Shown: positions 7,867-17,674, counted from the stretch's first letter. The stretch is DNA of 42,635 nt from Gammaproteobacteria bacterium (GCA_919903055.1 CAKKSB010000050.1:1975-44609); one strand, 5' to 3'. Notes: generated by a model not told the origin, from the letters alone. A program made the numbers and translations.

Positions 7867-10251
7867 ATGAACAAATATGGCTTGATTTTGCTTCTGGCCG
7901 CGGCACTGGCGGCGTGCAGCAGCGCCGAAGACCGCAAGACCGCTTATTTGCAAAAGGCGGCGGGCCTGCAAGCTCAGGGTAATTATGAGAAAGCGCGCCT
8001 GGAAGTGAAGAACGCTTTGCAGATTGAACCCAAGGATGTTCAGGCTTGGTATCTCATGGGTGAAATGGAAGAGAAGCTGCAAAACTGGCGTGCCGCCGCT
8101 GGTGGTTACCAGCGCGTGTTGGAGATGGATGCCGCGCATACCGGCGCCAAGCTTAAACTGGGACGTTTGTATCTGCTGGGCGGCGCGCCGGAGCGCACCG
8201 CAACGCTGGTGCAGGAGGTCTTGAAGGCCGAACCGGAAAATGTCGAGGCGCTGATATTGCGGGCCGGGGTCGCGGCGAAACGCGGCGATTTCGAAGCCGC
8301 CGGACGCGATGCCCATGCCGCGTTGGCGAAAGACCCCAAGAATATCGATGCCGCGATTTTTACGGCTACCCTTGAAATGCGGGACGGACACGCCGACCAG
8401 GCGGTCCGTCTGTTGAAGCAGGCGATCGAACAACATCCCAAACATGCCGGCCTGCGGGCGGTATTGGCCGATGTCTACGGCCAAACCGGACGCATCGACG
8501 AAGGCGCCGCGCAACTCAGGGAAATCACCGGCCTCTATCCCGAGAAAGTCGCTCCTTACGTGAATCTCGCCCGCTATTACCTACAGCATCAAAATGCCAG
8601 CGCCGCGGAGCAGGTGCTGCGTGACGCCCTCAAGCGCCAGCCCAAGCAGCAGGAACTTCGGATGGCGTTGGCGGCTTTTTTGGTGGATCAACGTCGGCAG
8701 GATGAGGCGGTGCAAACCGTCGAAGGTTTTATCAAGGAAACCCCCGAGGATTACTTTCTGCGTTTCCGTCTGGCCGAGCTTCATCTGGCCATGGGCAAAA
8801 AGCAACAGGCGGAGTCGGTATACCAGGCGGTGATCGCCGCCGCGGGTATTAAACCCGATGGCCTCAAGGCGCGCAGCCAACTGGCGCGCCTGGCGATCGC
8901 GGAAGGGAAAACCGATCGCGGCGCCGAATTGCTGGCCCAGGTGTTGAAAGAAAATCCCAAAGATAACGATGCGCTGTTTCTGCGCGCGGGCCTAGCGCTG
9001 CAGAAACAGGATGCCGCCGCGGCCATCGCCGATTTGCGCGCCGTGCTGCACGATCAGCCGGCTTCCGTGCCGGCATTGAAGAATCTCGCCAGGGCTCACC
9101 TGCTCAAGGGCGAGTTGGATCTGGCGCTCGAGGCTTTGCAAAAAGCGATGGACGCCGCCCCGCGGGATGCCGATGTGCGAATAGCCTTGGCGGATCTGTT
9201 GTTACGGCAGGGTCAGAAGAGTAAGGGTCGAGAACAAGTGGAGCTGGTATTAAAGGACTCTCCGCGACACGTGGGTGCGTTGGAGATGCTATTCAATTTG
9301 CAGATTGCGGAGGCGGAATACACCCAAGCGATGGAGTCCGCCCAGCGCATTCAAGCCGAGAAACCGGGTCTCGGAGACTATTATGCGGGTAGGGTCTTTC
9401 AGATTCAGAAGAAACATGACCAGGCGATTTCCAACTTTGAAGCGGCGTTGAAACAGGTTCCGGGTGCGATGGAGCCGCTCACCGCGTTAGTGCAAAGCCG
9501 CCTTGCGTTAAACCAGGTGGCGCTCGCCGAGCAGCGGCTCCGCCAGGAGTTGACGCGCAGCGGCGGCAAGGATGACGACAATGTCGTGGTTCACAATTTG
9601 CTCGGCGAAGTGTTGCTGCTGCAAAAGAAAACGGATGACGCGATCGCCTCGCTGCGCGTGGCGGAACGTCTGAGTCCGCGCTTCGCCACGCCCTATCGCA
9701 ACCTCGCCTTCGCTTACATGGCGAAACAGGATCAGGCGGCGGCGGTGGAGGCTTTGCGCCGAGGCATCACCGCCACCGATCATGACCCCGCGCTGGTGAT
9801 CGCACTCGCGACCTACGAAGAAAACCATCAACGAAGCGAGCAAGCCATCGCCCTCTATCAGCAGGCCCTCAAGGCGCGGCCGCGCGAGGAGTCCTTTATT
9901 AACAACCTGGCGATGATGCTTGCCATCTACCGCACGGATAAAGCGGACATCGATCGCGCCGTACAATTGGGCGAAAGTCTCAAGAGTCGCGGTAATCCCG
10001 CTTATCTCGATACCTTGGGCTGGGCCTATTACCGCCGCGGTGATTTCACGGCGGCCAAGGAGATGCTGGAGACGGCGATGCGTGCGGCCCCGGATTCTCA
10101 GCTGCTCAGCTATCACTTGGGCATGGTCTATTACCGGGAGGGTGATCACACGGCCGCCCGCCGTTATCTGGAGCGGGCGGTGGCGACGGAGACGCCCTAT
10201 ACCGGCGCCAACGAGGCCAAGGCCACCTTGGCCAAGCTCCAAACTTCGTGA
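7867..10251 (+). CDS. PrsT-like TPR-repeat lipoprotein of a PEP-CTERM/exosortase system
   Basis: Lipobox LAAC, TPRs throughout, C-terminal NNLA...YLDTLGWAYY...YHLGM typical of PrsT-like proteins; same operon as xrtD. Confidence 0.8.
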   Translation: MNKYGLILLLAAALAACSSAEDRKTAYLQKAAGLQAQGNYEKARLEVKNALQIEPKDVQAWYLMGEMEEKLQNWRAAAGGYQRVLEMDAAHTGAKLKLGRLYLLGGAPERTATLVQEVLKAEPENVEALILRAGVAAKRGDFEAAGRDAHAALAKDPKNIDAAIFTATLEMRDGHADQAVRLLKQAIEQHPKHAGLRAVLADVYGQTGRIDEGAAQLREITGLYPEKVAPYVNLARYYLQHQNASAAEQVLRDALKRQPKQQELRMALAAFLVDQRRQDEAVQTVEGFIKETPEDYFLRFRLAELHLAMGKKQQAESVYQAVIAAAGIKPDGLKARSQLARLAIAEGKTDRGAELLAQVLKENPKDNDALFLRAGLALQKQDAAAAIADLRAVLHDQPASVPALKNLARAHLLKGELDLALEALQKAMDAAPRDADVRIALADLLLRQGQKSKGREQVELVLKDSPRHVGALEMLFNLQIAEAEYTQAMESAQRIQAEKPGLGDYYAGRVFQIQKKHDQAISNFEAALKQVPGAMEPLTALVQSRLALNQVALAEQRLRQELTRSGGKDDDNVVVHNLLGEVLLLQKKTDDAIASLRVAERLSPRFATPYRNLAFAYMAKQDQAAAVEALRRGITATDHDPALVIALATYEENHQRSEQAIALYQQALKARPREESFINNLAMMLAIYRTDKADIDRAVQLGESLKSRGNPAYLDTLGWAYYRRGDFTAAKEMLETAMRAAPDSQLLSYHLGMVYYREGDHTAARRYLERAVATETPYTGANEAKATLAKLQTS

Positions 10252-10261
10252 GGCGCATCCG

Positions 10262-12595
10262 GTGGTAAAAAACAGAAAACATTCACGGATCATGGCCGCA
10301 CGCTGCTTATGCGCGCTCTGGTTAGCCGGTGGTATGACATCCCTGACGCAGGCCGCGGTATTGACTCCGCAGGCCGTGTTCAAAAACGATTTTGCCGGTG
10401 TCGCGGCGCCGGTGCCGGTGGTGGTGTCCAGCGACGGGCAGCAGGTCTATGTCGGCTCGGGCAGTGACGCGGCGCTCGCGGTATTCCGGCGTAACGCGGC
10501 GGGTAGCTACGCGCTCTTGGCCGCCGACACCTATACCGCCGAAGAAACAGTGGGCGGCGGCATTGGAATAAAATCCTTGCAGTCGCTCGCCATCAGTCCC
10601 GACGGCCGTCATCTCTATGCAGGCTACGCGAGGCTGAGCGATATGGGCGCGGCGATCGCCGTGTTGCCGCGTGACGGCAGCGGCGCCCTGGCCGCCGCGG
10701 TGCAAACGCTGCCCCTCGCCGGCAGTCGACTTCTAGGCGCGCTGACGGTGAGTCGGGACGGCGCCGCCGTATATGCGGTCGGTGAAGGCGGTTTGTATGT
10801 CTATGGCCGTGATGCGCAGAGCGGCCATCTTACCCTGCAACAACAATTGCGGGATGATGTCGGCGGCGTGGACGGTCTGGCGGGCGCGCGGGCGGTGGCG
10901 GTGAGTCCGGACAGCCGCCATGTCTATGTCACCGGCGCCGGCGAGCAGGCCCTCGCCGCGTTCCGCCGTGAAAACGGCGGTCAACTCACGTTTCTCGCCG
11001 TCTACAGGAACGGCGTCAACGGTGTCGCCGGTCTCGGCGACGCGCGCGGTGTCGTGGTGAGCCCCGACGGCAAACACGTATATACGGCCGCGGTAGACGA
11101 TCATGCCGTCTCGGTTTTTGCGCGTGACGGCGCCAGCGGCCTGCTGCAACTCAACCAGGTATATCGGGACGGCGTGCAGGGCATCGATGGCCTGGGCGGC
11201 GCCTATGCCTTGGCCTTGAGTCCGGAAGGCTCGCAGCTTTATGTGTCGGGCAGCGCGGAAGACGCATTGACCGTGTTTCGACGCGACGGTAGCAGCGGCG
11301 CCTTGCAACTGGTGCAGGTGCTGCGCCAGCAGCCCCCTGGCGTGGACGGTTTGCACCTCGCAATCGGCTTAAGCGTACACCCCGATGGCAGGCAATTATT
11401 CGTCACTTCGCCGGTGGACAATTCGCTGGCGGTGTTCGGCATCGCCGTCGCCGGCCTCAATCTGGTGATGCAAGTCGATGCCAATACCAAGACGGTGGGC
11501 GAAAGCGCGCAGTTTCAGTTGATGGTCACCAACAACGGCCCCGCGACGGCGACGCGTGTCGTCGTCGAGCACAGGCTGCCGGCCGGTGTCGGCGTGGCGA
11601 GCGGCGGTTCTTCGCAGACGCCGTGCAATCAGTTGGGGGCGCGTTTGCATTGCGACATCGGCGATCTGCCCGCTGGCGGCCGCGCGACCGTGAATATAAG
11701 CGTGAATTTTCCGCAAGCGGGCACCTATCTAAATGACGCCGTTGCCGCGGCCGATCAGCGCGATCCGCTTCCATCCGATAATCAGGATCAGGAAACCGTG
11801 CAGGTAAACCCGATCAATTTGCCGCCGGTCGCGGAGGACGATAGCGCCGCTACCCGCCCGGGTGTTGCCGTCGATATCCCGGTGTTGGCGAACGATCACG
11901 ATCCCGACGGTGACAAGCTCGTCATCAGTTTGCCGTCGGCCGCCGCGCAGCAGGGCGGCGGCCTGCATATCAATTCCGACGGCAGCGTACACTACGTCCC
12001 CGCCGCGGGGTTCCATGGTCTCGACAGCTTCAGCTACAGCATTGCTGATGGAAAAGGCGGTTCAGCGCAGGCTCGGGTACGAGTGACGGTGAATACGCCA
12101 CCCGATGCCAAGGACGATCTCGCCTCGGTGACGGCGGCTTCCAGCGCCATCATCCATGTGCTGGTCAATGATGTCGATGCCGACGGTGACACGCTGAATC
12201 TTGTGGCGGCGCAAACGCCTTCGGCGCGCGGCGGCAGCGTAAGCATCAACGGCGACGGTACCGTGAATTATAGCGCTCCCGTCAATTTCACCGGTGAGGA
12301 CAGTTTCGATTACACCGTAACCGACGCCAATGAAGGCAGCGATAATGCGCGGGTGAGCGTTGTGGTAATCGCCGCTGTAGCGAGCGGTAACAGCGGTGGT
12401 ACGCCACCTGCGCCGCAAAGCCAACCGGAACAACCACAAAGTGGCGGTGGTGGCGCGCAGGTGCTTGAGTCGCTGTTGCTATCGTTGGTACTGATCGCGG
12501 GTCACCGACATTATCCATCTCGTCCATGCCGTGCGCGCAGGCGGGGGGTTAATTTCATATTCACCAAACCCTTAACCAAAATACAAAAAATTTAA
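10262..12595 (+). CDS. Secreted lactonase-type beta-propeller + DUF11 + two cadherin/Big_9-like Ig domains, with a GlyGly-CTERM-like tail
   Basis: Signal peptide from GTG 10262 or ATG 10292. ~52-aa repeats GVDGL.GA..V..SPDG.H.YV. DUF11-like VTNNGPATAT. Two PP.A.DD...I.VL.ND.D.DGD.L repeats. Tail SGGGGA + hydrophobic helix + basic residues. Confidence 0.8.
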   Translation: MVKNRKHSRIMAARCLCALWLAGGMTSLTQAAVLTPQAVFKNDFAGVAAPVPVVVSSDGQQVYVGSGSDAALAVFRRNAAGSYALLAADTYTAEETVGGGIGIKSLQSLAISPDGRHLYAGYARLSDMGAAIAVLPRDGSGALAAAVQTLPLAGSRLLGALTVSRDGAAVYAVGEGGLYVYGRDAQSGHLTLQQQLRDDVGGVDGLAGARAVAVSPDSRHVYVTGAGEQALAAFRRENGGQLTFLAVYRNGVNGVAGLGDARGVVVSPDGKHVYTAAVDDHAVSVFARDGASGLLQLNQVYRDGVQGIDGLGGAYALALSPEGSQLYVSGSAEDALTVFRRDGSSGALQLVQVLRQQPPGVDGLHLAIGLSVHPDGRQLFVTSPVDNSLAVFGIAVAGLNLVMQVDANTKTVGESAQFQLMVTNNGPATATRVVVEHRLPAGVGVASGGSSQTPCNQLGARLHCDIGDLPAGGRATVNISVNFPQAGTYLNDAVAAADQRDPLPSDNQDQETVQVNPINLPPVAEDDSAATRPGVAVDIPVLANDHDPDGDKLVISLPSAAAQQGGGLHINSDGSVHYVPAAGFHGLDSFSYSIADGKGGSAQARVRVTVNTPPDAKDDLASVTAASSAIIHVLVNDVDADGDTLNLVAAQTPSARGGSVSINGDGTVNYSAPVNFTGEDSFDYTVTDANEGSDNARVSVVVIAAVASGNSGGTPPAPQSQPEQPQSGGGGAQVLESLLLSLVLIAGHRHYPSRPCRARRRGVNFIFTKPLTKIQKI

Positions 12596-12634
12596 TGTGC
12601 AATTCACAAAACTGTAAAGTCCGCTCTTCAAAAT
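12590..12634 (+). promoter_or_regulatory. PhoB-type promoter upstream of VPLPA-CTERM gene 1
   Basis: ATTTAAT-GTGC-AATTCAC-AAAA-CTGTAAA, 10 nt, CAAAAT; homologous to 13784-13828. Confidence 0.55.
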
Positions 12635-12829
12635 AATCTGTGGTTTATTAATGCACATGGGACTATAGCGGAGGCAAAGAATTTAAGGGGATTACTTCGT
12701 TTATACGATGCATGAAATAACCTGCTATATGCCACTCTCTTTAAGTTAACTCAGGTGAAGAATCATTGTATGAAGTGAATATCTTTAGTTAACTGCTTAC
12801 TTGCATGGAACTTAAGTGAGGAGATTACG

Positions 12830-13582
12830 ATGAGAACAAATCTACGATTGATTTTTTCAGTTACCGCAAGCGTGCTGTTGTCGACTTTCGCCAATGTCGG
12901 CGCTGCGTCGGCGGTCGCACCGGATTTTGATATAGACGGCGTCCCGATTGCTGGTTTTCCTCATTTCGAGGATACGGTCAAGGTCTCATTCAAGAAGATG
13001 GGTGGCCGTGATGACGATGGTGATCGTAATGGCCGTACCGGCTGGAGGCTGACGGCAATGCAGCACGGCGATACCCATCTCTTTCAGTCAACCACTGATT
13101 CCAACCATGACGTCGCCGTCCCTAAATTTAGTCTCGAAGCTGATTTCGATGAGGACCTGAATTTTATTAAAGGTGATATGAAATTGAGCGGAAAAATTCC
13201 GGGACTAGGCGTGAGGAAGCAGACTCTGTGGGAGGCGGACCTAAGCGATTTCGGTTTCAACACCGGTGCTGACGGCCATCCCAGATCGTTAGGTTGGAAG
13301 ATCATCAATATAGAGGACGACAGTTGGGCGGTGGAGGCAGGGTACTCCGATGGCATCACTCCCGAGAGTGTCTATTTGTATAACTTCAGTTCGTCCATGT
13401 TGGTGGACATGTTTGCCGCCGGCGAGGGATTCAAGATCAATCGTATCGATGCCACTGCGCTTACCACCGTGCCGCTGCCCGCCGCTGTCTGGCTGCTTGG
13501 TGCGGGCCTGCTGGCCCTGACGGGTCTGCGGCGTCGGAGTGAAATCTCATCTGATGCGGATAACACACTGCTTAATATCTAA
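12830..13582 (+). CDS. VPLPA-CTERM (PEP-CTERM) surface protein 1, acidic
   Basis: RBS GAGGAG, signal peptide, tail TVPLPAAVWLLGAGLLALTGLRRR. Confidence 0.9.
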   Translation: MRTNLRLIFSVTASVLLSTFANVGAASAVAPDFDIDGVPIAGFPHFEDTVKVSFKKMGGRDDDGDRNGRTGWRLTAMQHGDTHLFQSTTDSNHDVAVPKFSLEADFDEDLNFIKGDMKLSGKIPGLGVRKQTLWEADLSDFGFNTGADGHPRSLGWKIINIEDDSWAVEAGYSDGITPESVYLYNFSSSMLVDMFAAGEGFKINRIDATALTTVPLPAAVWLLGAGLLALTGLRRRSEISSDADNTLLNI

Positions 13583-13783
13583 GCCGAACGTACAGTCGAC
13601 TTTGAAAAAAACCGGGAATCGTCACCTCGGTCGTGAACATCTTAAAGTCATACGTTTGCTAGTCACGCCGAAATCTAAAGTCGATGTAAAAGTCATCACA
13701 CACGCTCTTTACTTACCGATAGCGGTAAACAGGTGGAATATACGTCCTCCGTCCAGTGTTTCTAACATAAAAAATACAAGAAA

Positions 13784-13828
13784 AGTTCATTTGCAATTCA
13801 CGAAGCTGCAAGGTTATCGCTCCAGACT
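13784..13828 (+). promoter_or_regulatory. PhoB-type promoter upstream of VPLPA-CTERM gene 2
   Basis: AGTTCAT-TTGC-AATTCAC-GAAG-CTGCAAG, 10 nt, CAGACT. Confidence 0.5.
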
Positions 13829-14117
13829 AGCGTCGGCAATAGGTACATAAGCCGATGAGGTCGGCGTGAAGTTCAAGGGAGCTTCTTGATCACCTGATTA
13901 CGCGTGATGCCAGGCAAGAATATCCGGCTTAGCAAGCAGCGGCCGGCGCGTAAGTGGAATCTTGGCGCGGCGTATACGCATTTTCAGAGTGATAAATCGA
14001 TATTAGCCGGACGCGCGAGTCCGTGATGAAAAAAGCTTATGCAGGGAGTGAATTGGGATTTTGCTACTCACACACTCACGTGGAAGCAATAAATAACAGC
14101 AGTAAGGAGGATTACTA

Positions 14118-14828
14118 ATGCGATTAACCTTACCTATGATGCCGTTGGCAGCCGCATTGCTACTACCAACGCTTCCTGGTATCACCCATGCAGCATCGGT
14201 GGTGCCGGATTTCAACATCAGTGGTGTTCCCGATGCCGGTTTCCCTCACTTCGAAGACAAAGTTAAGTTATCGCTTTCGAAGTCCGGTAAAGATTGGAAG
14301 TTCACGGCAGTCAATACCACCGGTACCCAGCTCTTTCAGAAGAACCCTACTCAAAGTTATAACATCACCTCTCCAAGCTTCAGCCTCACCGCCCTTTTTG
14401 ACAGCAGTTTGAACTTCAAAAACGGCACTATGGCGATCAAGGGGAAGATTCCGAGCTTGGGGGTGAATTCGACGACCAACCTGTGGACGGCGACCCTGAG
14501 CAATTTTGGGTTCGACATTAATCCCTTCGATGGTAGCCCGATATCTTTGGGCTGGAAGACCACCAATATGACCGGTTGGGGTGTCACGGCGGGTTATGCG
14601 TTTGGCACGCCCGAAAGCGTTTATTTGTATAACTTCGGCCTGTCCTCGCTGGCCAATATGTTCTACGGCCACCATGGCTCTTCTTTCAGCAACGTCACTG
14701 CGACAGCTCTCACCACCGTACCGGTCCCGGCCGCTGTTTTGCTGCTCGGTTCCGGTCTCATCGCGTTGTTCGGCCTGCGGCGCCGCAACCACGCCTCGTC
14801 CACCCTGGACGAGCCACTGGTGGCCTGA
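14118..14828 (+). CDS. VPLPA-CTERM surface protein 2 (paralog of 12830-13582), rich in N-X-S/T
   Basis: RBS AAGGAGG, signal peptide, shared motifs PDF.I.GVP.AGFPHFED.VK and PESVYLYNF, tail VPVPAAVLLLGSGLIALFGLRRR. Confidence 0.9.
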   Translation: MRLTLPMMPLAAALLLPTLPGITHAASVVPDFNISGVPDAGFPHFEDKVKLSLSKSGKDWKFTAVNTTGTQLFQKNPTQSYNITSPSFSLTALFDSSLNFKNGTMAIKGKIPSLGVNSTTNLWTATLSNFGFDINPFDGSPISLGWKTTNMTGWGVTAGYAFGTPESVYLYNFGLSSLANMFYGHHGSSFSNVTATALTTVPVPAAVLLLGSGLIALFGLRRRNHASSTLDEPLVA

Positions 14829-14916
14829 GGCCGACAACATAGCGCAAGGAACCTAGGAAACTAGGAAGTTAATCTGGCAATGATCAACCAGGCAAAATCA
14901 ATTGGGAGACGTAAAT

Positions 14917-15801
14917 ATGAAAGTTAAATTGAAAACCTTAGTCGCCGCTGTCGCGCTGTGCGCGGCCGGCGGTGCGCAAGCCGCCATTAGTGAAGACGGT
15001 ATGAACGGCGGTAATGGTATCGCCACGGGTACTGGTCAAGGCGAACTGTTTGTTAACGTCTGGGATCCGGTTCGAGCGAAGTCGCTGATTCTGGACCTCA
15101 ACCTCACCGTCAATGACTTCCGCAACAACAACGCGGCGCTGATCAACACCTTCAATGTCACCGATGCGCTGACGCAAAGCTTCATCGCCGGCTCCCCGAA
15201 CCAGGCCAATATGAAGTGGAGCGTCGTTGGTGTCAGCAATGGTCCAGGCACCTCGGCCCTCGGTTTCGTGACGACCCACGGCGCTGGTACTAACCTCGGT
15301 GTGCCTGATGCCGGGACGTCCATTTTCGCCAATATTCAGAACGCCAACCCGCCTAGCGAAGCGCCGTACAGCGGTACCTCCGTACAAGTCGGCATGGAAG
15401 GGATTTCCAACTATGTGAACAACAATAACTTCGCCCTCGGTGCCAGCGGTACGTCCGTGATTTCCGATGATACGTTTGCCACCGGATTCATGGGTGGCGC
15501 CATGGCCCACACCGTCGCCGGCTCGTTGAACTTTAGCAATGTCGGCGGCTTGAGCGATCAGATGCTGATGTCCTTCATTTATATGAATGATGCCAACGGC
15601 GATCCGCTGGGTGAAACCCCTGTGTTGGTGCAGGCCTTCGCCGATGGTTTCTGGAAGCTCAATGCCACGACCGGCAACGTTGCCTATGTGAGCGCGGTAC
15701 CCATTCCGCCCGCCTTGTGGCTGCTGGGTTCCAGCCTGGCCGGCCTGGTGGCCGTTGCCCGCCGTCGCAAAGAAACCCCTGAGCTGGCGTTGGTGAGTTA
15801 A
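14917..15801 (+). CDS. VPLPA-CTERM surface protein 3, Asn/Gly-rich
   Basis: RBS GGGAG, signal peptide ending AQA, tail VPIPPALWLLGSSLAGLVAVARRRK. Confidence 0.9.
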   Translation: MKVKLKTLVAAVALCAAGGAQAAISEDGMNGGNGIATGTGQGELFVNVWDPVRAKSLILDLNLTVNDFRNNNAALINTFNVTDALTQSFIAGSPNQANMKWSVVGVSNGPGTSALGFVTTHGAGTNLGVPDAGTSIFANIQNANPPSEAPYSGTSVQVGMEGISNYVNNNNFALGASGTSVISDDTFATGFMGGAMAHTVAGSLNFSNVGGLSDQMLMSFIYMNDANGDPLGETPVLVQAFADGFWKLNATTGNVAYVSAVPIPPALWLLGSSLAGLVAVARRRKETPELALVS

Positions 15802-15811
15802 AGCGTAATTC

Positions 15812-15840
15812 CTGCCTCGCGGCCTCGTGCCGCGAGGCAG
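15812..15840. repeat. Perfect 12-bp intergenic hairpin
   Basis: CTGCCTCGCGGC-ctcgt-GCCGCGAGGCAG with only a weak U-tract after it. Confidence 0.75.
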
Positions 15841-15871
15841 TCTATTTCTCTATATCCTTAGGAGATTCACG

Positions 15872-17674
15872 ATGAAGATCACTTTCAAGCAATTTGAGAA
15901 GCGCGCGCTGGCCGCGACCGTGTGCGGCGTGTTGGTCGCGATGGCCGCCGGTTCCGCTTCGGCCTTCGCCCCCGTGTGGCAGGCCGATGGTAATCCCGCT
16001 ACCACCGGCGACCGTCATACCGACGCCGATGTGGAAATCTGGCACGCTGGTGCCTCAGCTTCGACCCTTAGCATGCAAACCGCGGTAATTGAGACTTTTT
16101 GCGATGTCGCCCAACCGGCTGACTTGTTATCGAAGGGCGGTTTCTGGGCCCTGGGCTGCGTCGGCAAGGCCACCTTGCCTGCCTCGCTCGCCGGTAAGAA
16201 AATCCTGTGGAACAAGCGTGACGAAGGCGGTTCGGGCGTCGGCGTGGGCCCGGTGGTAGTACCGGGTGCGACGGTCGGTTTCATGCTGCCGTCCACCGGT
16301 GCCGGTACCAACTGCCCAGTCGCCTCCGCCCCGATTGTCATGAGCGGAGTCACGGTCACTCCTTGGAATTGTTCCGGTTTCGGCTATACCTTCGTGCCGC
16401 CGGTTGCGGCCACCTTCGATGCCAATGACGAAAGCGCCACCGTCGACGCCATCATGAAGCCGGTCGACATCGGCACTTCCGATATCGAGCCGGACAAGTT
16501 CAGCAGCAGCTTTGCGGAAAACGTGCCGGCGGCTGATTTCGATCTGAACGGCGTGGCCGGCCCCGCCCTGCCTCCCTACACCGCGACCGGTGGTACCCCT
16601 ATCGCCAGTTTGATTTTCAATACCCCGGTCAGTCTGCTGATGTCCCAAGATTTGCAGCGTGCGCAGTTCCCGACCGGGCATGCGTTGTTCAACGACTGTA
16701 ATCCGGCGGGTATTGATTACCTGCGTAACCCCACCTCGGGTTTGATCACCAACATCAAGGACAAGGCCGTGCCGGCCAACAGCGAGCGCTGCATGCCTTC
16801 ACTGATGGGTTCGGAGATCCGCTCCATTTTCGCTAAGGGCGGCGCCATCCGCAGTGCACAGGATTTTCAGGCTGAGACCGCCTATCAATCCGGTGCTTTC
16901 GCGCAGATGACCGCTACCGGTGCCACCGACAACACCATCCAGATTTGCCGTCGGGTGAAGGGTTCCGGTACCCAGGCGCAGTTCAACGCCGTGTTCATGG
17001 GTTATCCCTGCGATGCGACCTTCGATGGTGCTATCGACTCGTTGACTCCCGAAGGCCAGAGTGGCTTGACCCCGTTCGTGTCGGAGAACGAAGGTGCGGG
17101 TGACGTGGAGAAATGTCTGAACGACTTCAACAACGGCACCAACACCAGCGGTTTCAACTCCGCGCTGCGCAAGCGTTGGACCATCGGCATCATGAGCATG
17201 GAACGTAACGACAGCTTGGCGAACGACTATCGCTTCATCAAGGTTGATGGTTATGCGCCTACACTGGTCAACGTCCACGCCGGTGATTACTACGACTTCG
17301 TCTCTCAATCGCTGCAGACGAGAAGCGGTGTGTCGTCGGTGGTGACCGATGCGGTCAATAACCTGGTGCCCTTCATGCAGAACCCGGCCAAGCTGCCTAG
17401 CCTGAACAAGACTCATGGTTTCGGTGTTAGCGGCTGGCTGGCGATCCCTTCCAATGTCACGGTGCCCTTCAACATGAAGCCCGATTCCGAGCTGGATTTC
17501 ACCCGCCCGGTGAACTGGTTCCAGCGCGTAGCGGCTTCGGGTAAGGCCAACACCTGCGCCCTGCCTTCGGCGTTCAAGAAGACGGGTACGGCGACCAATG
17601 TCGACATCACCGTCGCCCCGCAAAACTGCTCGTCTGATAACGGCAGTGGCGATCAAAACTGCTATACGCCGTAA
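15872..17674 (+). CDS. Secreted Cys-rich protein, probable type-2 periplasmic-binding (PstS/DING-like) fold
   Basis: RBS TAGGAGA, signal peptide ending ASA, motifs AGASA, GGSGVGV, DIGTSDIEP and ICRRVKGSGTQ (compare PstS GS.., GSG.G, D.G.SD, R...SGT). 12 Cys in the mature part. Confidence 0.6.
   Translation: MKITFKQFEKRALAATVCGVLVAMAAGSASAFAPVWQADGNPATTGDRHTDADVEIWHAGASASTLSMQTAVIETFCDVAQPADLLSKGGFWALGCVGKATLPASLAGKKILWNKRDEGGSGVGVGPVVVPGATVGFMLPSTGAGTNCPVASAPIVMSGVTVTPWNCSGFGYTFVPPVAATFDANDESATVDAIMKPVDIGTSDIEPDKFSSSFAENVPAADFDLNGVAGPALPPYTATGGTPIASLIFNTPVSLLMSQDLQRAQFPTGHALFNDCNPAGIDYLRNPTSGLITNIKDKAVPANSERCMPSLMGSEIRSIFAKGGAIRSAQDFQAETAYQSGAFAQMTATGATDNTIQICRRVKGSGTQAQFNAVFMGYPCDATFDGAIDSLTPEGQSGLTPFVSENEGAGDVEKCLNDFNNGTNTSGFNSALRKRWTIGIMSMERNDSLANDYRFIKVDGYAPTLVNVHAGDYYDFVSQSLQTRSGVSSVVTDAVNNLVPFMQNPAKLPSLNKTHGFGVSGWLAIPSNVTVPFNMKPDSELDFTRPVNWFQRVAASGKANTCALPSAFKKTGTATNVDITVAPQNCSSDNGSGDQNCYTP

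Noticed and set aside
9920-10261. N-terminal 114 aa of the 891-aa ORF
   Set aside because: It overlaps the TPR gene in another frame and is Arg/Pro-rich shadow sequence; the signal peptide starts at 10262 or 10292.
10400-11450. Nucleotide repeats in the beta-propeller gene as a mobile or diversity-generating element
   Set aside because: Explained by ~52-aa propeller blade repeats; there is no reverse transcriptase or template/variable repeat pair.
13641-13700. Repeated AGTCA motifs as an operator array or CRISPR remnant
   Set aside because: Spacing is irregular (15, 18, 12 nt) and the motifs are too short; no CRISPR array was seen anywhere in the window.
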